From Oculina patagonica (Eukaryota): DNA of 64,000 nt. Positions 25,561-35,752 of the stretch are shown here, in pieces (within the stretch, counting starts at the first letter, position 1; each line of letters starts with the position of its first letter). Location: positions 13,330,001 to 13,394,000 of the forward strand of contig NC_135760.1 in the NCBI RefSeq assembly GCF_052425735.1, read 5' to 3'. Under the pieces are notes generated by a model. It did not search any database. It saw only the letters and a program-made list of their open reading frames with translations, and was not told where the DNA came from. The translations under genes were made by a program, and so were the position numbers.

Positions 25561-27222
25561 CTAAAACAATCCCGTGAGCATTTGCTTTGCGACACTGAGT
25601 TTCCTGACACGTTGAATGTTATCTGTACCACGCTTACACAAACTGCCTATCTGACCAAATTCGCTTCTCTCGTTAAACACATCTGTTTTCTTTCGAAGTT
25701 GATAGATGAGCTGCAAGATAAAAATAGTAAAAGAGAGCCGGAAAAAAAGAAGATGCACATGACACGAGCATGGGACAAAGAAAATCGAGCCCCGACGGGA
25801 CGAACCCTGCCCCAGATACCGGGGGCGCCACCCGAGCCGAGAGACCGACCCTGTCCCGCCTGTCAAAACATCACAATTACCGAGCAAAACCATCAACCAC
25901 TGATGAATTCGACATGCTGACCAGCAGAGGGACGCGTGCCACAACCTAGTAAATGGCCCAGCCACACGAGCCCGAGCTCAGGGAGAGCGCCCCCGGCGGG
26001 GGCCAGGGCGACCGCGGGGACCAGAACTTGTCCCATGCTCGTGTCATGTAGAACATCTTATCTTTATTAAGATAAAAATACATTACATGATCCACCATTT
26101 AGTCTCTTAAACGGGGGAAAAAGGGAAAATGATATCCACGGAAAACGGGATGTTAACATTTAGTTCCTAAGCTCCTAAGGCGTCGACACGCTCCTTAGCC
26201 CTAAGACACTAAGTAAGAACCATACTAGGAAGATCTAAACTAAACTAAACTAAACTGATCTAAACGAAACTTTAGGCGGGAGTTAACATAAAGTTCTTTT
26301 TTCTGCCGCTTTACGTGTTGTTTTTTTTTTGGAAATATCCGTCACTTATTAAGCAATGAAAAAACCCTATGCTCGTCCCATAAATCTATGTTTAGGGGTG
26401 CTGTGTAAATATTTTGGTGATTTTTGGAGATTTTTGGGAGGAGATAGTTTTTCTTAAGAGTGGTAAAATTTAGAGAAATAAGAAAATAAGAAATATTGAA
26501 GATTTGATGTAGTTTTAAAATTAGAATTTGATGTTAAAGATTAGTAGACGGACACCAGACAGTCCCCTTACAAACTGGAGTGCTCTTGCGTGGGGGTCAA
26601 CTGTCTGTTAGTGTTCCAAAAATAATTTTCTTCCTTTTATTCCTCTTATAAATTACTATAGATTTCACTAAAATTTACGTTAAGTCCCCCCTTAACTAAA
26701 CAAACAATTGTAACTAAACTAAACTACAATGGGCGTCAAAAGTCTTGAGACAGTTGGATGAAATTGATACTAATTTAAAATTCCCGTTTTTTCACCTTTA
26801 ATCTACTGCCGCTTCTGAACCACTCCCCCTCCCCCTTTTCAATGTTGTACCAAACGAGGCAGTCTCGCAGATAACAAATACAACATTGTTTCGGGGGGAG
26901 GGGGTTATATTGAAGGGGTGAGGGGCAAATTTGTCCAAGGTACTCAAAAAGTGCCGACTGTCTCAACACTTTTGGCGCTCATTGTAGTAGCCTGTGTTGA
27001 GGCTGCTACTCCTGGGATGGTGCTGTGACGTCATTTCGATTTAGCGGAAGATGTTGAGATGTTTCCTTCAGTAATGACAATAATGGCAGAAGTTCTTTGT
27101 TCTATTTGTTTGGTTTTATACTAATGTTCCACGAAGGAGAACATATCTTCGTTGTTTTCGCTCTCCCCGGGTTCGGTTTTTTTTTCTTTTTTTAAGCTTC
27201 AGCGCGCAAAAAAATTTTTATT

Positions 27223-27255
<33 letters not shown>

Positions 27256-30200
27256 TTGTTAGTGCATGTGTCTTACCGCTAAGAACTCCTCAAAATCGAT
27301 AGCACCAGAGCCATCCTTGTCAATTTCATTAAAATACTGCTGCCGTACCGAGGGCTCAGAGCGGTCACCAAGGTCATCGAGAACTTGCATTCTAAATAAA
27401 GTTATCAATACATAACTCATAATGGCGTTGAAATGAGTACTTTATTCTTACTAATTTTCGCGATTTCAAAATAATCGCGAAATTTAGTACGCGCGAAAAA
27501 TATATTGCGCGAAATTTTACCACGCGAAAATTAATACCATATTTTATATCAAAACAATAAAAATGTTAAATATTTGGAACTGCAACTATCTACCTTTAAA
27601 AATATGACTAGCACCCTTCCTCTGAAAACTGTTTCGTCTGTAAATTGTTCAAAACCTCTTTAGTATAGTCACTAAAGTTTCGTTTGCAGGCCCTTAAGTT
27701 ACATTGAGTCAGACCTTGTGTATTTCCAGTGGTTCCCAGTCTTTGACGACTCATCCATAAAAACTGAAAAATCGCGAAATTTAATACATTTTTTCGCTAT
27801 TTTTTTTTGCAGTCGCGAAAATTAATACTCGCGAATTTTCGCGAAATTAAGTACGCGCGAAAACTTGTAAGAATAAGGTAATTACCTCTTTGTCTATCTA
27901 CAACGTTGCGCAAATACCACGTTTGTGACATTAAAGACAAAAAAAACTACAGTAGACTTACAGTGGATTCCCGATTTTTCGAACTTCCAAGGAGGGTCCT
28001 GGGGGACGGAGGTATAAAATCCCATTTCCCATCTAATTGTTTTCCCTATTTTTTAAATCCCATTCCCAGTTCTATTGTTTATTTGTTTGTGATTCCCAGT
28101 CCCTGTGACCCAAATCTCATTTTACCCGGGGAAAATTTGCCCAAATCCCAGTTCCCACTTTTTAAAACCCTTCAGGCCTCCCTCCAAGGGAAACAATAAT
28201 TGGTTCGAAGAATCGGGAGTTTGAAGGGGGTAAAACTGAAAAAACTGCTGTGTTCGACTGAGCGAAGCATGTCCGAGGAGAAAAGACTTTTAGTACAGTA
28301 TTTTAACTCAAGTCGAGAAATCGAGGGTTCGAGAAATTAGTATTCCGCTGTAATCAAATCGTTTGAATGTGTTACTCGAGGGTCTGGCTGAGGGTACTGG
28401 AATCTCAGGTATCAGTAACATTTTCGGTGATTTCTCAGCAAACAGTTAAAATTTCACTCAAGCTTATTTCTCGGCTATCATTGAATTTTGCAGTTCTCAG
28501 ATATCAATTAAAAATGGCATCACTTCTCATCTGACAGTTAAAATTTTCACCAAATGTCAGCTGTCAGTTAAGCCTATCCACGACCGTCTTACTCCGAAGC
28601 GCCTTCGTGCCTCATATTCGAATGCTCCTTCTTGAATAAGGGAAATGAAACCTAAGAACGCGTTATAAAGTCCTGTCAGGAATTGGTGGCAAATACTAGA
28701 GAGGTCAAAAACTTCCAAATATTTTTCTAACTTGAAATAACAAAAATAAGTATAACAACAACACCTGATTTTCAGTATCTCAATTGAATATTTATTTTTA
28801 GAAATGCACTTTCCGCGAAAATAATATTGCTGCAGAACTCCGCACGTGGACGAAATGAAGACGCAACTGGTCGAAGATGTCTTTTAGACCTGTGTCAGTA
28901 AATTTGCCGACATGGTACTAGCTCAGTAACATCAATAGCTTGTGAACAGGCTCCCAAGTGGAGCTGGGCGAAAAATAAATCGGCGAGCGATGCGAGCCGA
29001 GAAGAGCGAGCGAGGCAAGCTGAGCGTGGTCTCGAGGCGGCGCGTGGCCTCCCACGCCCCGTTCTCGGCTTGCTTGAGTTGCTTCGCTCGCGTATTTGTT
29101 TGTTCTTCTTTTTACACCCTGCCTTACTCGGGAGCCTGTTCGCAGGCTATAACATCAATAACATCTATACAGTTGACTCCCAATTCTTGGTTTTCACGTG
29201 ACGTCATCAAAATTCTAAAATCCAGATTCGCAAGGCCCCTGAGTTTTTATCCTTCACTGGCTATTAGAAGTCCTTAATACATATCCTGTTGAAGGTTTTA
29301 AGCTCGGTAGCATCCGCCGTCTTTAAGACAGAGCATTTTGACTTTCGGAGTTTCACGCCACACGACATCAAGATGGCCGCCAGAAGGCTGTCACGTATGC
29401 TTGAAAAAATGCCTAATCCTGAACATTTGTTTTTTTGCTAGAAGTGTTCATCTGAATGTTTACTTGTTCATGATGGTGATCTGACCGCTTTTTGTAGCAG
29501 AAGCGAATGCCAGATGTTTTTGTTGATTGCCGCCATGTTGGAGCCCAAGCAGTTGGGCTCCAACATGGCGTCTCCATACTGTGCTCTCTAAATTTGCGTG
29601 AAACATTTTGATGGATAACTCGAGTACTGGAATACCATACAGACCTGAGGCATGGACAAGTAGTCTATGTAGTAGTTTTTTACAACCTGATATATAATTT
29701 TGATTTATTTGACTCAATAGTTTTGGATTTATTTTTTCGTGGCGTGACAGTGAAAACCACTTATAGCTCGAACCTTCAAGACGAAGGTTCGAGTCATTGG
29801 GTGCGGATTCGAGTTATCGGATTAAAAAAAGTTACAAAGTGACTTGAAGGGGAATCCAAAAAAGGTTTGAATAAGCGGAAAGTTTGAGTAATCGAGGGTT
29901 CAAGTTATCGAGATTTGACTGTATCTGTATATTTTATAGTTTTTAAAAAGGAACATATTTAATAATAGCGATACTTACAATTCCTTGAAATCGATTATTC
30001 CATCTTGATTCAAATCAAACGTTTGGAATTGTAATCTTAAATCCACTATATCGCCTTCTTTAAATTCTGGAAATTCCTCTATTAAAGATCGGAAATCTTT
30101 TTCACCCATTTCTGAAAAAAAAGAAAAAAATGCAATAGAAAAAAAGCCCGATGTCGGCAAAAGTGATCACTCCGCAAAGCAATGAAAGAAGAAGATATCT

Positions 30201-33200
30201 AGCTTTTTATTTTTTCTAATAAATAGCCAAAGTTGCCAATTGTGAGATAAAAAAAAGTTGTATCAGGAAACGGGGCAACAATAGACTATACCGCTTCCAT
30301 GTCCCCATTAGTGGCATGTGATACTGTGAGTGACAGTGACAGTGACAGTGACAGTGATAGTGACAGTGACAGTGACAGTGACAGTGACAGTGACAGTGAC
30401 AGTAACAGTAACAGTAACAGTAACAGTGGCAGTGACAGTAACAGTAACAGTGACAGTGACAGTGACAGTGACATTGGCAGTGACAGTGACAGTGACAGTG
30501 ACAGTAACAGTGGCAGTGACAGTGACATTGACATTGACAGTGACAGTGACAGTGACAGTGACAGTAACAGTGGCAGTGACAGTGACAGTGACATTGACAG
30601 TGACAGTGACAGTGACAGTGACAGTGGCAGTGGCAGTGACGGTGACAGTGACAGTGACAGTGACAGTGACATTGACAGTGACAGTGACATTAACAGTGAC
30701 AGTGACAGTGACAGTGACATTAACAGTGACAGTGACATTGACAGTGACAGTGACATTAACAGTGACAGTGACAGTGACAGTGACAGTGACAGTGACATTG
30801 ACAGTGACAGTGACAGTGACAGTGACAGTGACAGTGACAGTGACAGTGACAGTGACATTGACAGTGACATTGACAGTGACAGTGACAGTGACATTGGCAG
30901 TGACAGTGACAGTGACATTGACAGTGACAGTAACAGTGACAGTGATCAGTGGCAGTGGCAGTGACAGTGACAGTGACAGTGACAGTGACAGTGACATTGA
31001 TCAGTGACAGTGACAGTGACATTAACAGTGACAGTGACAGTGACAGTGACAGTGACAGTGACAGTGACATTAACAGTGACAGTGACAGTGACAGTGACAG
31101 TGACAGTGACAGTGACAGTGACAGTGACAGTGACAGTGACAGTGACAGTGACAGTGACATTGACATTGACAGTGACAGTGACAGTGACAGTGACAGTGAC
31201 AGTAACAGTGGCAGTGACAGTGACAGTGACATTGACAGTGACAGTGACAGTGACAGTGACAGTGGCAGTGGCAGTGACGGTGACAGTGACAGTGACAGTG
31301 ACAGTGACATTGACAGTGACAGTGACATTAACAGTGACAATGACAGTGACAGTGACAGTGACATTAACAGTGACATGGTGACAGTGACAGTGACAGTGAC
31401 AGTGACAGTGACAGTGACAGTGACAGTGACAGTGACATTAACAGTGACAGTGACAGTGACAGTGACAGTGACAGTGACAGTGACAGTGACAGTCACTGTC
31501 ACTGGACTGGGACTGGGATTGTAGACAAAAAATAGGCTGTGAAATGGGATTTGGTACCCCCCCCCCCCTTTCAGGACCCTCATACTGGAGCATCGCAGAG
31601 CGTGCGCCCGAATACATTACATTTTGTGCTTACAGTTGAAGTTAACTTTTCCCGTTGCTTTGTGCCAAGAGTTGCTCTAACCGTAGACAGATAAAAACGA
31701 CAGTTCCTTACCTTGAAATTTTCTTCTGTTTACCGCCGATCGCCTTCTTTCTTGAAGTAATTTTTCCCAATAATGCTCTTGAATGTTTTGAAATTCTGTG
31801 TTTTTTAATTCATTTTCGCCGTGTGTTTTTCTTGTCCCTGTAACAATCAATATAAGCTTTCAGTCATAAAGTAGGTTGAGTTATTCAACTTTGACTTCTT
31901 TAAAATTTTAGGGTTATTAGGGGTTTCGTCCAGTTTCCTTACAGTAAACTATGATTTTCTCAAGTGGATAATCTTAAATGAGCTATGTCACCGGGATTAC
32001 ACAGATTTTTGGTCTAAACTGTTCTGAAATTAGTCGTAGGCAACTTAACCCTAAATAAACAGTATCTTTGAACATCTAAAGGAAGCTACGGCTATAAATA
32101 TCGATATTTCGAAGAGGCACGGAAAACGGAAACAACTTGAAAACGTTTGCCTAACTTTTTCAAATTGCAATCCGTTTCCATCCGAGCCATCTGCAGCCAA
32201 GGATGCTCGTTAACAGTTTCAGTGCTCTATTAAATATAGCAATTTTTAATAAAAATAGAGTATTATTAAAATGTTATCTGCGAGACAACTATAAATTTTG
32301 GCTGTTCAAAAATCTGTTAAAATCTGTGACATATTCGATTAAGCGCCCAACCTCGAATAAGCGCCCACCCTAAAAGTAGGAAAAGTAATAAGCGCCCAGC
32401 CCGAATAAGCGCCCACTCTCAAGGTCCAAAATAAAAGCGCCCAGGGCGCTTAATCGAATAAATACGGTAGTCCCTTTAAAGTATCTGAGACTTTTCCGCT
32501 CCCTGCTCGAAACATTTAATATGTCGGGGCAGAATAGATTGTACTTTTGATGTTTAGCTCATGTGATTTCATAAATTGTTTTCGCTTCTTTGTTTCGAGG
32601 AAAGGAGAGTGAATATTAGAGTAGCTAAACTGGTTAATTTAGATTTGAACTCACGTAAAATCCCAGGGGGGTACTCCGGCTTGTAAATGACGGGGACGAT
32701 CGAATGGAGGCAAAACTCAGGACCCAAAAAAATCCCTGAGTCTTCCGACATTACCCCAAAAAATCCCTGGACCAAAAATAAAAACCATAAAAATGCCAGG
32801 CCGTGCCGGGCACTTTAGTTAGTTTTAATAACCAAAAAATCCCCTATATTAATCAAGTCACCCCAAAAAATACTTGCCAGATTTTCCAACCCAAAAAATC
32901 CCGTAATCGAATGCAAACCCAAAAAAATCCCGATCATCCCCGTCATTTACAAGCCGGAGTACCCCCCTGGGCGTAAAATATGCCAACCTTAAACATATCG
33001 TGAAGTATACGTTGTGGTTCAATTTTTCCCTTGGTATAATTTGGTATTTTTCTTTATTTTATATTCATTATCATATATTACCATGCACTAGAACAAACGA
33101 AATTACCAAAATTGTACCAAGGGGAAAATTTGAACCACAACATAATATACATGCTAGACATTTGGCAACAGAAAAGTGTTCACAGACAGCAAAAAAGCAA

Positions 33201-33604
33201 ATGCATGTAAATTGTATTTTTGCTTAAGCCTGGTTTTCACTAGCGACGCAAGCACAAGCTCAAGAATAACAGCTCTTATTTCACCGCGAAAACGGCTTCC
33301 ACTCAAGCAAAAGCACAAGCGCATTGCATTTTGATGCTTGTGTTTGTGCTTGCGGCAAGCACAAGAACAAGGATGAAAATTTGTCTTTTTTGCGTGATTG
33401 GGCTTGTGCTTGCGCTTGTGCTTCCGTGGCTAGTGAAAACCAGGCTTTAGCCGAGCGATTTTATGTATAACGGATGAATTCATTCAATTTTGTAGAATAA
33501 ATGGCGTTTAACGGAACGTATTTCTTACCCGTTATATTAAAATAAGCATTTGGCTCGTAGATTATCGGGCTTCTTGTGATTGGATAGCTCGGAGCACAAC
33601 CCAT
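25561..33604 (-). CDS. Small two-EF-hand calcium-binding protein with N-terminal MGCxxS acylation motif
   Basis: Exons 33604-33529, 31837-31712, 30111-29979, 27391-27277, 25710-25561 join in frame (phases 1,1,2,0). EF loops [12 protein letters not shown] and [12 protein letters not shown]. The first two exons are less certain than the EF-hand exons. Confidence 0.75.
25757..26049. mobile_element. 22-bp TIR cassette with GC-rich interior
   Basis: acatgacacgagcatgggacaa / ttgtcccatgctcgtgtcatgt perfect inverted repeat. Confidence 0.65.
26727..26984. mobile_element. TA-flanked MITE
   Basis: ta|caatgggcgtcaaaagtcttgagacagt / actgtctcaacacttttggcgctcattg|ta. Confidence 0.75.
27440..27878. mobile_element. 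TA-flanked MITE with cgcgaaa subterminal repeats
   Basis: ta|ctttattcttac ... gtaagaataagg|ta. Confidence 0.7.
27961..28350. mobile_element. TA-flanked CAG..CTG MITE carrying a nested GAG..CTC element (about 27992-28180)
   Basis: ta|cagtggattc..tattccgctg|ta. The nested piece resembles an inverted copy of about 10749-10985 and of the end fragment at 31510-31580. Confidence 0.6.
28936..29149. mobile_element. TAG..CTA MITE, 9-bp TSD (AcademH-type)
   Basis: tagcttgtgaacaggctccc / gggagcctgttcgcaggcta, TSD taacatcaa. Confidence 0.85.
30329..31503. repeat. (AGTGAC)n hexanucleotide array in an intron of the EF-hand gene
   Basis: About 190 units with variants AGTAAC, AGTGGC, ATTGAC and ATTAAC; ends in inverted units gtcactgtcact. 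Confidence 0.97.
32662..32971. mobile_element. CCC..GGG MITE with 8-bp TSD
   Basis: cccaggggggtactccggcttgtaaatgacgggga / tccccgtcatttacaagccggagtacccccctggg, TSD cgtaaaat. Confidence 0.85.
33227..33446. mobile_element. Harbinger-type MITE
   Basis: agcctggttttcactagc / gctagtgaaaaccaggct, TSD TTA; internal caagcac repeats. Confidence 0.8.
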
Positions 33605-34217
33605 GCCGTATTTTAAGGCGTTAACCAAGGAAAACTCAAACTATTATAGGACAAGTACATTTTGCTACGCCAGAATCTCGATATTAACAAAACAAACTCG
33701 TTAGTTATACGTCATAATCACTTTATTACATCAGTGTCTGTGGAGGTGATGGTATTTTAAAAATCGAGAAAAATAACGGTTGTTTAGAAAATTGCTTGCC
33801 GTTAAGGGATCCACAGGTTCCTTTTACACAGCCACTTTTTTGTATTGGGTTTTATCCCCGCCTCTTTTAAAAAGCTAGCAAACAAACTATATCTACATAC
33901 AGTAGCTAATGTAAAGCGCGCGCGCGCGTGCCATGGCGTTATGGAAATACTCGGGATGCTTTTAGAACGAGAAAAGCTGTAGAATCAAGAGGCGGGCGTT
34001 TCCATAGCTGTTTCAAACTGTTTAAAAACAAAATGTAATGCAAGGAAAAAGGTTATCTATAATGTAAAAAGCTCGAAATAATTTTTTATGTTCTCAGTTA
34101 CAATAAACGGATTTACCCAATCACAACGCGGGGAATATCGGTTCATTTCCAAAAAGAGGATCTAATTCATACATGATGTGGACTCTGACAATGTTTTACC
34201 GCGAGGTTTAAAAGTTA

Positions 34218-34652
34218 AGGTCGGGACACACTAGGCGACAAGTCGCTACAACATGTTGCCTCGTGTGACATGGTGCATTTTTGCGACAATCTTTGTCCCT
34301 GCGACAGAATTTTGTCGTCGCGATCAGTCGAACGAATTCAAACCAGTTTGATTTCGTGCGACTGATCGCAGCGACAAAATGAGCGAAAACAGCGTTGTCG
34401 CAGCTATCCTGCGATCAGGCGTCCGTAGCGTGTGCACACTTCTGCGACAAAATACAAATCAACCAATGACAGAGCGTCTGGTATTTTCGCCATATTGAAT
34501 TAAAAAACTAGTTCACATTCCCATTCTTCCAAATTCGCTGCGAGTCACCGAACAAGCGCCTTGTCGCAGCGACTTGTTTTGAAGCAGGGCACACGGAGCG
34601 ACTTGTTGCAGAGACCTGTCGCTGCGACTTGTCGCCTAGTGTGCCCCGACCT
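34218..34652. mobile_element. Harbinger-type MITE
   Basis: aggtcgggacacactaggcgacaagtcgc / gcgacttgtcgcctagtgtgccccgacct, flanks tta/cta. Confidence 0.75.
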
Positions 34653-35752
34653 CTAAACCTCACCTCTTTTCAACATTTCAAGGGAAAAGCGCAACAGGGC
34701 GAGGTCGAAGTTCTAACAGTAACTTCAAGGAAACGAGTTAAGAGTTTCGAAAGACAGTGTTCTTGGTTTTGAGAGAAAACAACAGAAAACATACAACAAT
34801 CCGTTTGACAAGTTTTTAATTCAGTTAACAACAGTCTGATATGTTTAACAGTACATGATCAGCTATTCTGCTCACTAGACATTAATTTAAAATCGTTACA
34901 GTCATGTATTGTGGGGTGGAGGAGAGACTGTAAAATGTCCTAGCGAACTACACGCGTTGCAACGAATTGTCACTGACAAACGAACTTAAGGGATCAAGAT
35001 CGGCAAATAGAAACACTTATCTCGTTTCATGCACAATTACTGTGGTACATCACAACTCACGACTATTCAATAGATCGCGTGACGCGGGGGGTAAACAGTC
35101 GCTTCAAATTTTACACAAAATATATATACTAAACAAGTACGCGCCGCCCTGGCGCCGCCAAATGCTGAAGGCCAACAAGTAATTTTAGCGACATTCTCTT
35201 GCAATTTTTTGCACAAAAATGTTACATTGCAATTTTAAGAGCGTTTTTGCGCGTATCGCACCAATGTTGCAAGTTAAGACAACATGCTGCACAAAATTGA
35301 ACTTCTGTCAAGTTCGTGTAGCATGTTGCCACAACTTGCAGCACGAGTGGTAATACGCGCAACAGCGCTTTTAAAATTGCAGTGAATTGCCTGAATGGTA
35401 TTTTTTCAAAGTGCTTGATCATTAAGGCCGATTTGTATTGATAATTTATGTCCGTGCCATTCCACAACTGTGGTGGAGATGGTGAATAGCCGGCAAACTC
35501 CAGAAGAGTCGATAGTCCTTGGTGAAGCCTCCTGTCATTCTTATACTCTGAAGAAGGAATTGAGAGGAGGAATGCCGACGTCAGTGCCGGAAGCGGAAGT
35601 GTGAGTCCCGGAAGTGCGAGTCCCACATGACGCAAATCGGAATCTGATTCTGCGCTCACGGGTCAGGTTAACTCCAGCGCAATTTCTTCTCTTTCATCAC
35701 AGAGTGCTTGAGCCCGGGTTTATTATGTTTCGTCCAACAGCTGTTGTTCGTG

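Noticed and set aside
30286-31583. Long SD-, VT-, SL- and CH-repeat ORFs resembling staphylococcal Sdr or dentin-like acidic proteins
   Set aside because: They are translations of a stop-free hexamer microsatellite inside an intron, with frame-breaking indels and no signal peptide or supported splice sites.
35222-35659. 145-aa minus-strand ORF downstream of HSCB, and a nearby gtgatga..ctga box C/D-like pair at about 35663-35702
   Set aside because: Non-ATG start and no recognisable domain; the C/D spacing is too short and has no terminal stem.
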